Virus record (IMG/VR): IMGVR_UViG_3300031740_000001 | Reading direction: 5' to 3' (one strand) | DNA: 64,000 nucleotides | From: a virus | Lineage: Duplodnaviria > Heunggongvirae > Uroviricota > Caudoviricetes | Shown here: positions 1 through 8,866 of the stretch, piece by piece | How positions within the stretch are numbered: position 1 is the first letter of the stretch | How the letters are laid out: each line of letters starts with the position of its first letter | Program-made: the position numbers and the translations under genes | Notes under the pieces: model-generated | The model's input: the letters and a program-made list of their open reading frames with translations, nothing else | What the model was told of the DNA's origin: nothing | The model's database searches: none

Positions 1-194
1 AGCTGGTGGACACTGCACCAACCGGCACGCTGGTGGTCACAGGATTCGATGATCATGACCCAGATGCGTTTCATCGTGACATTGGTCAGATTGGGCTCAA
101 TGCGCCGGTCTTCCCGGAAGTATTAGATCGTCGGCACGCGTGGAGCGCGCCTGCTGTTATTGAAAACCTGAAAGATAGGGGATTTGGCAAATGA
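1..194 (+). CDS. 3' end of a gene that begins upstream of the window (partial); hypothetical protein
   Basis: The open frame continues to position 1 without a stop. It ends at 192-194 and overlaps the next ATG (ATGA). Confidence 0.3.
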   Translation, partial: LVDTAPTGTLVVTGFDDHDPDAFHRDIGQIGLNAPVFPEVLDRRHAWSAPAVIENLKDRGFGK

Positions 195-1033
195 AGATTG
201 CAGTCACAGGTGGCGGTGGCTTCCTAGGACAAGCCGTCATGATGGCTGGTTCGATGGCAGGACATACCATGCTCTCTTTCGATAAGGCAAATGGCTTTGA
301 CGTGCTCGGCCAGCTGGACCAGCTCCACGACTTCAAGCCGGACAGCATCATCCACATGGCTGGAGTGCTTGGCACCCATGAGCTTTTCGACACTCCAGCA
401 ATGGCCATCGACGTGAACATCCATGGCACGTTGAGGATTCTGGAGAGCTGCCGCGTTCTCGGCGCTGGCTACGTAGGCATGAGTTTGCCGCCTGTCTTCC
501 CCTCCATCTACACGGCCACCAAGCTCTGCACGGACCACCTGGCCACGGCGTATCACCACACTTACGGTGTCCCAACGGCAAAGGTGCGCGCCTTCAACGC
601 TTTTGGGCCTGGCCAGAAGTTCGGCGCTGGCCATCCGCAGAAGATCATCCCGACTTTCTCGGTCTACAGCTGGGCGCGTAAGCCTATCCCGATCTGGGGC
701 GATGGCGAGCAGTGCGTGGACTTGATCGACGCTGCGCAGGTCGCTCGCGTGCTCATCGAGGCGACTGGCGTCGAGGATGACACGATGATTGACGCTGGTT
801 CTGGTGTCAGCGCAACCGTCAACGAGGTCGCAAATTACGTCAACGCTGTCACCGGATCACTGGTTGGAGTGGAATACTTGCCGATGCGCCGTGGTGAAAT
901 CCCCACGGAAATCGTTGCACTGGGCCAGGGGTGGGATCGGCTGTCATTTCGTCCCTCGTTCAACGATGACTTCTTGAAACAGACGATTTGGTCCTACCAA
1001 AGCCATCCAGCAGTCACCAGCGGTGAGCTGTGA
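191..1033 (+). CDS. NAD-dependent epimerase/dehydratase (SDR family nucleotide-sugar enzyme)
   Basis: N-terminal Rossmann motif VTGGGGFLGQAV. Length is 280 aa. It sits in an operon with glycosyltransferases. Confidence 0.7.
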   Translation: MKIAVTGGGGFLGQAVMMAGSMAGHTMLSFDKANGFDVLGQLDQLHDFKPDSIIHMAGVLGTHELFDTPAMAIDVNIHGTLRILESCRVLGAGYVGMSLPPVFPSIYTATKLCTDHLATAYHHTYGVPTAKVRAFNAFGPGQKFGAGHPQKIIPTFSVYSWARKPIPIWGDGEQCVDLIDAAQVARVLIEATGVEDDTMIDAGSGVSATVNEVANYVNAVTGSLVGVEYLPMRRGEIPTEIVALGQGWDRLSFRPSFNDDFLKQTIWSYQSHPAVTSGEL

Positions 1034-1719
1034 AAGTAGCCATTGTTACCGCTATTTACGGCGAATACGAGCACCCGAAAGCGCTTCCTGAAGAGCTAGC
1101 CAGCGGGAACTATGACCTCCCCTGCTATCTCTATACGGATAGCGAACGTGTCCAGTATGAAGCCTTGGACTTGGGGTATACAGCCATCTTGGACGAGATG
1201 GAAGATATTGCTACGCCGATGCTCAAGGCCAAGTACTGGAAGACCCATCCGACCAGCGCGGCACCGTTCCGTGACGCGTCAATCTGGCTGGATGGGTCAA
1301 TGATTATCACGTTATCAGGATCGGATTTCATCGCCAAGTGCGAGGCTGCATTGGGCGAAGATGACATTTCGTTTACCCCGCACCCGTTGCGCACCTGTAT
1401 CATGCCCGAGGCCAGCGTGACTGCCGCGCTCGCGCGCTACAGCGACTGCAAGCCGATCGAGCAGGTCGAGTTTTATCGTAACGTCGTTGGCCACCCGATG
1501 AACTGGGGGCTCATGGCCAGCGGGGCGTTCACGGTTCGCCATGGCGACAACACAGAGCAGTGGGGCAAGCTCTGGTGGGACGAGTGCAATAACTGGACCT
1601 ACCAGGACCAGCTCTCTTTGCCGGTGATTACCCGGCTCATGACGATGGAGGGGAAACTGAAGTGGAATTTGGGGATGCCGTGGGCTCAATGGTGGGGGAT
1701 AGCGGAGCACGGTCGCTAG
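1030..1719 (+). CDS. hypothetical protein, possibly a nucleotide-sugar transferase-like glycosylation accessory protein
   Basis: Its start overlaps the stop of the upstream gene (ATGA). It is co-oriented inside the glycosylation cassette. No confident motif was found. Confidence 0.45.
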   Translation: MKVAIVTAIYGEYEHPKALPEELASGNYDLPCYLYTDSERVQYEALDLGYTAILDEMEDIATPMLKAKYWKTHPTSAAPFRDASIWLDGSMIITLSGSDFIAKCEAALGEDDISFTPHPLRTCIMPEASVTAALARYSDCKPIEQVEFYRNVVGHPMNWGLMASGAFTVRHGDNTEQWGKLWWDECNNWTYQDQLSLPVITRLMTMEGKLKWNLGMPWAQWWGIAEHGR

Positions 1720-1836
1720 GAGAAACTTGGTGCAGCCATCCAGGTGGCAATACCGTGCATTACTTCGGCAACGGTATGGAGCTACCGTGCGAATGTGGTG
1801 AGCGTCCGTATTTTCAGAGCCTGTACATCGATCTAG

Positions 1837-2430
1837 ATGACGAAGGACCCGAAGATGGAATTTGATCCGGGCATCACCGTAGTCATCCCGAGCATTCCGC
1901 CACGGCGCGAGCTGCTCAAGCGCGCCATAGCGTCAGCCGTAGATCAGATCTACCCAGCGGCAGCCATTTCCGTTGCCGTGGATACGGAGCGGAAAGGTGC
2001 CTGGCACACGCGTAATCGTGCTCTTTCAGCTGCTAGAACCGAATGGACAGCCTTCCTTGACGACGATGATGAGTTCCTACCAGAACACCTCAACGTCCTT
2101 CATAATCATGTTGTCAACTTCGGTGCGGACATGGCGTACTCGTGGTTCAACACCGTTCCTTTCGGTGGTGACCCGTTCCCGGCTTGGTTCGCCGATGCGC
2201 CCTGGAATCCGGAAGAGCCTCGTCACACAACGATCGTCATGCTTGTTAGGACTCGACTTGCGCAAGAGATCAGCTTTACATCACCTGTCGAGGGAGATCC
2301 TTTCGGCAACGAAGATTGGCGCTTCATTCTTGAGTTGAACCAGCGCGGTAAGATCGTGCATGCACCTCACCGTACGTGGTTGTGGCATCACGATTCTGCA
2401 AATACCTCTGGAAGGCCGGACAGGTGGTGA
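1837..2430 (+). CDS. glycosyltransferase family 2 (GT-A fold)
   Basis: Carries ITVVIPSIPPRRELLKRAIASAVDQ followed by an acidic DXD-type motif (FLDDDDEF). Confidence 0.65.
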   Translation: MTKDPKMEFDPGITVVIPSIPPRRELLKRAIASAVDQIYPAAAISVAVDTERKGAWHTRNRALSAARTEWTAFLDDDDEFLPEHLNVLHNHVVNFGADMAYSWFNTVPFGGDPFPAWFADAPWNPEEPRHTTIVMLVRTRLAQEISFTSPVEGDPFGNEDWRFILELNQRGKIVHAPHRTWLWHHDSANTSGRPDRW

Positions 2431-2915
2431 ACTGTCTTCATTGCCTAAAAGAAATCCAAATAGTGCGAAGTAGAGACAGAAAAAAACGTTTCTGCACTCG
2501 ATGGTGTTGGACGCAATACCGGGGTGATCAGATCGAGACTAAAACAACACGTTTTTCGGGTGATACGTATAACGTATACGCGTTATCCCTTGATGGAGCT
2601 ACTTACCGATATGTAGGCGCAACAAATTACATAAACATTGATCAAAGACGTGTTCAATGGTTCGCGCAAAGATTCAGGTTCACGACACCTGTTTCTCGAT
2701 GGGTAACAGAGTTCTGCGCTCAAAACTCTGATTTGAAGATTGAGTTTCTTGGTTCGGATAATGACAAAGATCGTTTGCTCGAACGCCGATGGATTGAACA
2801 ACTTCAAGCATTAGGATTTGATCTCTTAAACCGGCAAACAGGTGGCGATCGTGGTTTCACCCAACCATCTTGGAGCAAAGGTCTGAAGACTGGACCTCGA
2901 AAGGGAAATAGATGA
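2427..2915 (+). CDS. putative GIY-YIG-like homing endonuclease with an N-terminal Cys-rich zinc-finger segment
   Basis: It sits in a locally AT-rich stretch (2440-2900) inside a GC-rich operon. The GTGA start overlaps the upstream stop. The motif YNVYALSLDGATYRYVGATNYIN...R...W resembles the GIY-YIG core. The N-terminal segment CLHCLKE...CTRWCW is Cys-rich. Confidence 0.45.
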   Translation: MNCLHCLKEIQIVRSRDRKKRFCTRWCWTQYRGDQIETKTTRFSGDTYNVYALSLDGATYRYVGATNYINIDQRRVQWFAQRFRFTTPVSRWVTEFCAQNSDLKIEFLGSDNDKDRLLERRWIEQLQALGFDLLNRQTGGDRGFTQPSWSKGLKTGPRKGNR

Positions 2916-3994
2916 AGGTATATGTATTTCCTGCCGATATGACTGGTTGTGGGATGTATCGCTTAATATGGCCATCCGAAGAGCTGATCCGGCGCGGCCA
3001 TGATGTTGTCGTGGTGCCGCCTCAACAGCGTGACAACATGATGCAGGCGACCTTGCGCAACGGCGTCGTGACTAGCGTGAAGATCCCCACTGACGCGGAT
3101 GTCATCGTTCTTCAGCGCGTCACTCACCGGTACCTGGCGCAGGCCATCAAGGTGATTCGGCAGTCTGGCGTAGCCGTTGTCGTGGACATGGACGACGATC
3201 TGACTTGCATCCATCCGTCAAATCCAGCGTTCAACGCGCTGCACCCGGTCAACGGCAACGTTGATCACAACTGGCAGAACACCTTGGCAGCCTGCGATAA
3301 CGCGACTATGGTCACGGTCTCCACGCCTGCGCTGGTCGGTCGTTACGGCAAGAAGACTCCAGCGCACGTTTTGTACAACATGGTTCCCGAACGCATGTTG
3401 GACGTTCCGCACGAAGACTCAGACGTTGTCGGATGGGGTGGAGCGGTCTTCAGCCACCCGACGGACCTCCAAGAGCTAGGACCGTCCATTGCCGGGGTTC
3501 TACGGGACGGTGGGGCGTTTAAAATCGCTGGCCCTATAGATGGGGTGCATCGGGCGCTCGGACTACCTAGCGACGCTCCTGTGGCGACTACGGGCATAAT
3601 TGCGGATATCCGGGCGTGGCCATTAGCGATCAACTCGATTGGTATCGGCGTGGCACCACTGGCGGATTCTCGTTTCAATAATGCCAAGAGCTGGCTGAAG
3701 CTGGCCGAATACGCGGCTGTAGGCGTGCCTTGTGTCGGCTCACCGCGTGAAGAGTACCGGCGTCTGCATCGTCTAGGCGTTGGCCTTATGGCTAAGAATC
3801 CGACCGAATGGGCCAAGCAGTTGCGCAGGTTGCGCGGCTCGGAGAGCTTGCGCGAAGAGCTGTCGTACAAGGGCCGTGCCGTCATGGAAACGTTGACGAT
3901 CGAAGACAATGCTGAGCTGTGGGTCGAGGCCTGGACCGAAGCGCTGATCCGTGATCGCGCTGGCCGTAACCCGCTGGTCCGTAGCGGAATCTAG
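2912..3994 (+). CDS. glycosyltransferase (GT-B / GT1-GT4-like, putative)
   Basis: 360 aa with an ATGA overlap with the upstream gene. The N-terminal segment MKVYVFPADMTGCGMYRLIWPSEEL is typical of GT-B enzymes. It lies in the glycosylation cassette. Confidence 0.5.
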   Translation: MKVYVFPADMTGCGMYRLIWPSEELIRRGHDVVVVPPQQRDNMMQATLRNGVVTSVKIPTDADVIVLQRVTHRYLAQAIKVIRQSGVAVVVDMDDDLTCIHPSNPAFNALHPVNGNVDHNWQNTLAACDNATMVTVSTPALVGRYGKKTPAHVLYNMVPERMLDVPHEDSDVVGWGGAVFSHPTDLQELGPSIAGVLRDGGAFKIAGPIDGVHRALGLPSDAPVATTGIIADIRAWPLAINSIGIGVAPLADSRFNNAKSWLKLAEYAAVGVPCVGSPREEYRRLHRLGVGLMAKNPTEWAKQLRRLRGSESLREELSYKGRAVMETLTIEDNAELWVEAWTEALIRDRAGRNPLVRSGI

Positions 3995-4308
3995 CCCCAC
4001 GACATACCGCAGGACAAACAAATCTGCACGTCATTGCCCTGGAAAAGGCTTTGAGCACCACACGCAGGACATGAGGCGCGTTGTCCGCCACGGCGGGCAG
4101 CGCGTCTGTCTGCTTCGCTGGTACCGCCCCATACGCCTGCCTCTTCGTTCTTGATGGCCCATTCTCGGCACGTGTTGATCACTGGACACTGATAGCAGTA
4201 GGCCTTGGCGGTCTCCTCATTGCCCTCTTCGTAAAAGATATCGGGGTTGGCCTGCATGATGGAGCAGTAGCCTCGGAGCATCCATTTAAGTTGCTGTAGA
4301 TCAATCAT
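3991..4308 (-). CDS. WhiB-family transcription factor with an extra C-terminal Cys4 zinc-ribbon
   Basis: It carries the four-Cys pattern plus the hallmark GVWGG turn (CYQCPVINTCREWA...GVWGGTSE...RR). A C-terminal CPACG...CLSCG segment adds a second Cys4 set. Confidence 0.7.
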   Translation of the reverse strand: MIDLQQLKWMLRGYCSIMQANPDIFYEEGNEETAKAYCYQCPVINTCREWAIKNEEAGVWGGTSEADRRAARRGGQRASCPACGAQSLFQGNDVQICLSCGMSWG

Positions 4309-4382
4309 CTCATCCTCATTTTCTGCATTCTAAAGCAATTAGGGCACCTGACCAAAGTCAGATGCCCTAATTGAACAGCTGT

Positions 4383-5324
4383 TCAGCTAGCCCGTGCAAG
4401 CACTTGAGCGGCTACATCGTTGATCGCCTTGTGGGTGTTGCCCGCAAGTGCGCCGAGGAAGCGGGACTCTGGCGTACCACCTTGGCGGTACCAGTCGAAC
4501 TGCTCGCTCACCGCGTTGACCAGTCCCCATCCGGTACCGGCGTAGCCGACCGTGGGGGACGACGTCCAAAGGCTCATGATCTGGTCGAGGCGTTCAGCAT
4601 ACTGACGCTCGACGCGCTCTGTCTTGCCCTTGGGCTGCGGAATCACAATCTTCAAGATGTCGTGCGCCGTGTCCTTCTCGATCTTCGTCGCTGCCATCTT
4701 GTCGACCAGCTCCACGAACCGGTCGCTGTACTTGCTCATCCGGGCAACCGTGTTGGTGGCCTCGGCAAGCCGCTCCTTCATGCTCTTCAGGTGCTTGATG
4801 CTCCAGCGCTGCTCCACGCCCTTCATGAAGGACTTGAGCGTGAGCTGGTTCATGCATTTGCCTCGGAGCATCATCACTGACAGCTCCACGGCCCTGGTGC
4901 AATCGTGGCTGGTGCGAAGTACCGCGTACATCTGGTGCGGGTCCTCACCGCCGAGCACGTCTACCGTTTGGCCGGTCTCCACAACCATGAAGCCCTGCCT
5001 GCGGTTGTACAGGTTGCCAGCGGCAACGAAGTGCGGGTTGATGGAGTCCATGAACCCGAACGCCTCGCCGTAGTTCAGGATGTTGTATCGGTCGCCCGAT
5101 GCAAAACCCATGAACTGGAAGTTGTCATCCGCCACCACAGCGCGCCGGTTATCGATGACAACATCTTCACCGTTCGGCTTAGTGAACTTGGTCGGAAGAA
5201 GTGAAACCGTGAAGTTCATTCCCCCCAGCTCAGCAGCCTCAGCAGCAGTTTGTGGGCGGTCCACCAGCTCGCCAAGCTTCATCCACTGGGCGGTGCGGGT
5301 GGTGAACATCTGGTCCTGTGACAT
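4383..5324 (-). CDS. DUF932 / phage-plasmid-like protein (TIGR03299-like), replication-associated
   Basis: It is 313 aa. Its composition and position next to the replication genes are typical of actinophage DUF932 proteins. The family assignment comes from memory, not from a search. Confidence 0.45.
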   Translation of the reverse strand: MSQDQMFTTRTAQWMKLGELVDRPQTAAEAAELGGMNFTVSLLPTKFTKPNGEDVVIDNRRAVVADDNFQFMGFASGDRYNILNYGEAFGFMDSINPHFVAAGNLYNRRQGFMVVETGQTVDVLGGEDPHQMYAVLRTSHDCTRAVELSVMMLRGKCMNQLTLKSFMKGVEQRWSIKHLKSMKERLAEATNTVARMSKYSDRFVELVDKMAATKIEKDTAHDILKIVIPQPKGKTERVERQYAERLDQIMSLWTSSPTVGYAGTGWGLVNAVSEQFDWYRQGGTPESRFLGALAGNTHKAINDVAAQVLARAS

Positions 5325-5428
5325 CTCATTCTCCTTCTCGTTGTTTCCTTATGATGACAGCCTAGCACACGTCGTCACCATAATGCAAATCCGGCTTCCT
5401 GTCGGGGCAGGAAGCCGGAAGTCCCTGG

Positions 5429-5710
5429 TCAAAGCTTGCCCGCATTTGACGGTGGGAACAGCCTGCGCGCAATGTAGGCCGTAGCCGACTGTAGCACCGT
5501 CTTGACGAGTAGCAGGCCGAGCGCACGCCAGTAGTTGGCGGTCCATTCGATGCTGGTAAAGGCAGTGGTCAGGACCACGATCACGAAAGCGGAGACGTCC
5601 AAGAACAGTCCCCACATGAACGAACGAATTGCCCGGATACGTGCATCTTTACCGGTAATTCGCTCGTTTTGCAGCTTGAGAAATTCGTTAGTGGGGGTCA
5701 CCCATACCAC
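5429..5710 (-). CDS. small membrane protein (2 predicted TM helices)
   Basis: A GTG start lies 2 nt after the upstream stop and has a GGAG Shine-Dalgarno. Hydrophobic stretches are LFLDVSAFVIVVLTTAF and ALGLLLVKTVL. Confidence 0.4.
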   Translation of the reverse strand: MVWVTPTNEFLKLQNERITGKDARIRAIRSFMWGLFLDVSAFVIVVLTTAFTSIEWTANYWRALGLLLVKTVLQSATAYIARRLFPPSNAGKL

Positions 5711-5711
5711 G

Positions 5712-6428
5712 CTACTTAACTCCAGCGTCCGCGAAAATGCTCCGAACGACGGACTCGATCTTCGGGCCGAGCTTCTCGACGATACGATCAATGTCCGCGT
5801 CGCTGATCTCGACGACGTCTGGCTTCTCGACGCTGGTCAGAATTTTATGCAGATTTTCCTTTAGCTTGTTGGGCTCTGTGATCGGAACACCACCGTTGTA
5901 CTGGGGCGTGTAGATCGCAGCGTCCTTCATGCCTAGCGCAGCGTCTAGCCGATAGGTATCGGCTAGCGCAGTGTCTTTGTCGTTGGCGTCCAACTCCATC
6001 GCCTCCAAGTTCGGCAAAATCCACGGTGAGACGTTCTCGTCCGCGTCGGCTTCACCAGAAGCATGCACATGATCGGTGTGCGGATCATCGCTGTTGTCGA
6101 CTGGTAGCCAGTTGTTCTTTCGATGCCACTGCTGATACATGTAGTTGACGTAGATCAGGCGTTTTTGGTTAGCGATTTGACTGGTCAGATCTTTAACCAA
6201 GGCCCACCCATGATCGACGGTAAAATCTGGACCGATCATGAAATCGAGTGCGCGATGCTCCGGCGTGCTATCCGCGTCCTGATCTTCGGCTTTTACGCCT
6301 GCCGTGTCGTCTTCGTTGTGGCCGGACGTGGATTGCTGGTGGTCCTTGTCGCCGATGCCGTAAATGACGGTTTTCGAGCGCACTGCCAGGACGTTATCAG
6401 TAAGAACCTGCATGCCATGGGCGCGCAT
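5712..6428 (-). CDS. hypothetical protein
   Basis: It is a 238-aa ORF. Its start is coupled to the upstream small ORF by a TAATG overlap. Confidence 0.5.
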   Translation of the reverse strand: MRAHGMQVLTDNVLAVRSKTVIYGIGDKDHQQSTSGHNEDDTAGVKAEDQDADSTPEHRALDFMIGPDFTVDHGWALVKDLTSQIANQKRLIYVNYMYQQWHRKNNWLPVDNSDDPHTDHVHASGEADADENVSPWILPNLEAMELDANDKDTALADTYRLDAALGMKDAAIYTPQYNGGVPITEPNKLKENLHKILTSVEKPDVVEISDADIDRIVEKLGPKIESVVRSIFADAGVK

Positions 6429-6547
6429 TAGTCCTCCTCTGCCGTCTGCTCAGCGTCGTCCAGTTCACCCTCGTCAAAATCAGGCTCTTCGTAGTCGCCT
6501 GGCATGAAGATGATCTGCATTTCAGGATCGGTGTCAAATCCGCTCAT
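6428..6547 (-). CDS. small acidic protein (39 aa)
   Basis: It is not in the ORF track because it is under 60 aa. It translates as MSGFDTDPEMQIIFMPGDYEEPDFDEGELDDAEQTAEED. A strong GGAGGG Shine-Dalgarno sits 6 nt upstream. Its stop overlaps the next start (TAATG). Confidence 0.45.
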   Translation of the reverse strand: MSGFDTDPEMQIIFMPGDYEEPDFDEGELDDAEQTAEED

Positions 6548-6569
6548 GGTTCCCTCCTTCCACCAGTGT

Positions 6570-6899
6570 CTAGGGTTGGAGCACGTTAATCAACACGTTG
6601 ATGATAGCCGTGAACACGCCTAATGCAGCGACGCTTGCGCCGATGGCGGTCCAGACAGCCTTGGGCTCCACGTAACGACGTTGCTCAAGAAGCCGGATTC
6701 GGTCCTCATGATCTCGTTCGCGCTGAATCATTTCTTCGCGCAGGCGCTGCGTCTCCAGCCGCTGGGTTTCCTCGCGGATAGTGGCCACCTGAATGAAGCT
6801 GTCCATGCGTCCGCGCAGGTCAGCAAGGGTGAAATATAATTGATCGTAATTAGAAGAATAGCCGGGGGATCCCCGGCTATCTGCCGCGTGTGAGGTCAT
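6570..6899 (-). CDS. hypothetical protein with a coiled-coil and a C-terminal TM anchor
   Basis: 109 aa. It has Q/R/E-rich heptads and a C-terminal hydrophobic helix, AIGASVAALGVFTAIINVLINVL. Confidence 0.5.
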   Translation of the reverse strand: MTSHAADSRGSPGYSSNYDQLYFTLADLRGRMDSFIQVATIREETQRLETQRLREEMIQRERDHEDRIRLLEQRRYVEPKAVWTAIGASVAALGVFTAIINVLINVLQP

Positions 6900-6904
6900 G
6901 TCGG

Positions 6905-7213
6905 CTACTCAGGCGAGCTGAATACCGCTGCAGGAATGAGGGCTGGCTGCTCGTCAGCTGGTGCAGGCTTGTCCAGCAGGCGATCGGACCAGTAGTGCTG
7001 CTTGCTGACGATATAGACACGAGAGATCCGGTGAGCTAGCGACAACCGGCGCAGACTGGTGTAAACCTTGTGCGCCGGAACACCAGTGCCAGCGGCAATC
7101 TCGTATTTGGTGACGGCTCGATCTGATCCGGCGATCGCCTGGAAAATCTGCTCGTCCCGGTCGATGACCTCTTGTGTGCGCGGCCTACCGCGAGAGCGCT
7201 TGGTGGCATCCAT
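6905..7213 (-). CDS. HTH DNA-binding protein with an N-terminal AT-hook (putative transcriptional regulator)
   Basis: It has an RGRPR AT-hook followed by a winged-helix-like segment (TKYEIAAGTGVPAHKVYTSLRRL). Confidence 0.5.
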   Translation of the reverse strand: MDATKRSRGRPRTQEVIDRDEQIFQAIAGSDRAVTKYEIAAGTGVPAHKVYTSLRRLSLAHRISRVYIVSKQHYWSDRLLDKPAPADEQPALIPAAVFSSPE

Positions 7214-7335
7214 GATCTTTCCTTACCTCTTTGAATACACGAATAACGTGCCTGTTTAGCATATAGTACGGCCCGCCACGGGCTAGTCGTGACGGGCCGT
7301 TCGCCGTGCTCAGCGCCTTTGCGAGGCACCACTCC

Positions 7336-7995
7336 CTAAAAGGCGGGCACTGGCGGGGGTGCTGTCATCGGTTCCGCGCCAACGGACTCCGGGACAGCTT
7401 CAGAAGTACTTGCAGGAGCATCAAGAACCGGAGTCGGAACGATGCCGTTGGTCGGAGTAGTTGTCATGCCAGGGCCAATGGGGTTACTGGTATATGCGCT
7501 CGGAGAAGGGTTTCCAAGCGGGCTGCTGGTTACTGCACCGCCAATGCTGGTACCGAGGCCAGCCACGAAGCTGCCGCCACCATGACCGCCGAGCGCAGGT
7601 TTGTAGCTCTTGATCTCTTCGCGTTCTGCGCCCTGCCAGACACCCTTACCAACGATGGCGACAGCCTTGCGACCGTCCAGGGCCTGCGCGATAGCCGCTG
7701 GCGGCTGGCCCGCGATGCTGGCGAAGAATGCGGCATCCAGGCCGAACACGGCGAGCTGGGTGAAGAACATGCGCATTGCGCCGGGAGACTCCGGACTGAT
7801 CACGAAGTTCGAGAAGAGCGCGCGGCCCGCGTGGGTGCCGGACTCAATCTTGAACTTAGCCTTGATCATGTCCTTGCCGTTGGACGACTTCACCGCCTCG
7901 GACTTGACCACGACGATGGGAAACTCACCCTCAAGAACGATGGTGGCTTCCTTCTGCATATCCGCCCAGTTATAGGTGGAATCATCCCAGCTCAT
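7336..7995 (-). CDS. putative ssDNA-binding / DUF669-like partner of the Sak4-like ATPase, with a disordered Gly/Pro/Ser-rich C-terminal tail
   Basis: The N-terminal ~140 aa are globular. The C-terminal ~80 aa are G/P/S/T-rich and end in PVPAF, an SSB-tail-like tip. It lies immediately upstream of the AAA ATPase. Confidence 0.4.
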   Translation of the reverse strand: MSWDDSTYNWADMQKEATIVLEGEFPIVVVKSEAVKSSNGKDMIKAKFKIESGTHAGRALFSNFVISPESPGAMRMFFTQLAVFGLDAAFFASIAGQPPAAIAQALDGRKAVAIVGKGVWQGAEREEIKSYKPALGGHGGGSFVAGLGTSIGGAVTSSPLGNPSPSAYTSNPIGPGMTTTPTNGIVPTPVLDAPASTSEAVPESVGAEPMTAPPPVPAF

Positions 7996-7996
7996 G

Positions 7997-8818
7997 CTAG
8001 TTCTCCTGAGTGTTTTGTGAGATCGTGTTAGGGAAGATGTGGTTCATGATGTTCGCAAAGTGCGGGTTGTCGATGATGTCTGGTAGTCGGCCCTGCACGC
8101 GCTCGCCCACAATATGCGAAGGAGAAACGCCAGCGCCAATCAGAAGCTTTTTCGTTTTGATTGGTGTCTGGTCACCGTTGGGCTTCATCTCCGTAAAGAG
8201 GAAACCGCAGATGTCCACCCAGTAAGGCAAGGTGTCGCGGATGGCTCCCTGCATGTTCGGACGCCAGCGGCCGTCCTTCATCACGGTCTCCGCGTTGAAC
8301 AGGACGAAGCGCACGGAGTTCGGCAGCAGCGTGAGGTCACGGAATCCCCGAATCACGCCATCCATCCTTTCGAGCAGGTCGCCCCACTGCTGATACTCCA
8401 TTTTGGCTGTCGCGCCACGGATGTTGGCCTTGCAGCGACGTTGAATTTCCGTAATGGAGTCGAGAACGATGGAGGTGAAGTCATGCGGGCTTTCGCGAAG
8501 ATGGCGATAGCAGGACTCCATGGTCTCCCAGCGGTCGATGTGCACCCGGCACACCTCCCAGGTGCCGTCCCATCGTGGCGGTGGTCCCTGTAGCGGATCC
8601 CAGCGGGGAGTGGACCGGAGAGGCACGCCTGATCGGTAACCGGCCTGGTCAATGAACTTCCAGGACCCTTCCGCATCAATCACGAGGATGGGCGGCGGAG
8701 CCGTGCTGGAGAGTGTGCTTTTACCCTCCTTGGAGTCCGAATGCACCAGGGCGGACAGGACGCTGTCCGTTTCAATGATCATTTTGCCCCCATCTGCACG
8801 AATGCGGCAAACGCGCAT
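7997..8818 (-). CDS. RecA-fold AAA_24 / Sak4-like ATPase
   Basis: It has a Walker A-like SKEGKST and a Walker B ILVIDAEG. It is about 270 aa and sits in the replication module. Confidence 0.5.
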   Translation of the reverse strand: MRVCRIRADGGKMIIETDSVLSALVHSDSKEGKSTLSSTAPPPILVIDAEGSWKFIDQAGYRSGVPLRSTPRWDPLQGPPPRWDGTWEVCRVHIDRWETMESCYRHLRESPHDFTSIVLDSITEIQRRCKANIRGATAKMEYQQWGDLLERMDGVIRGFRDLTLLPNSVRFVLFNAETVMKDGRWRPNMQGAIRDTLPYWVDICGFLFTEMKPNGDQTPIKTKKLLIGAGVSPSHIVGERVQGRLPDIIDNPHFANIMNHIFPNTISQNTQEN

Positions 8819-8866
8819 ATCAAAAGCCCAATGCCAAGCAAGAGCATGAATATGAACCGGTCAACC

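Noticed and set aside
5712-6428. Metallophosphoesterase or amidase assignment for the 238-aa protein
   Set aside because: The GDKDH and GHNE strings are too close together and out of register for the calcineurin-like motifs. No Amidase_2 H/Y/H/K/C pattern was found. It is left as hypothetical.
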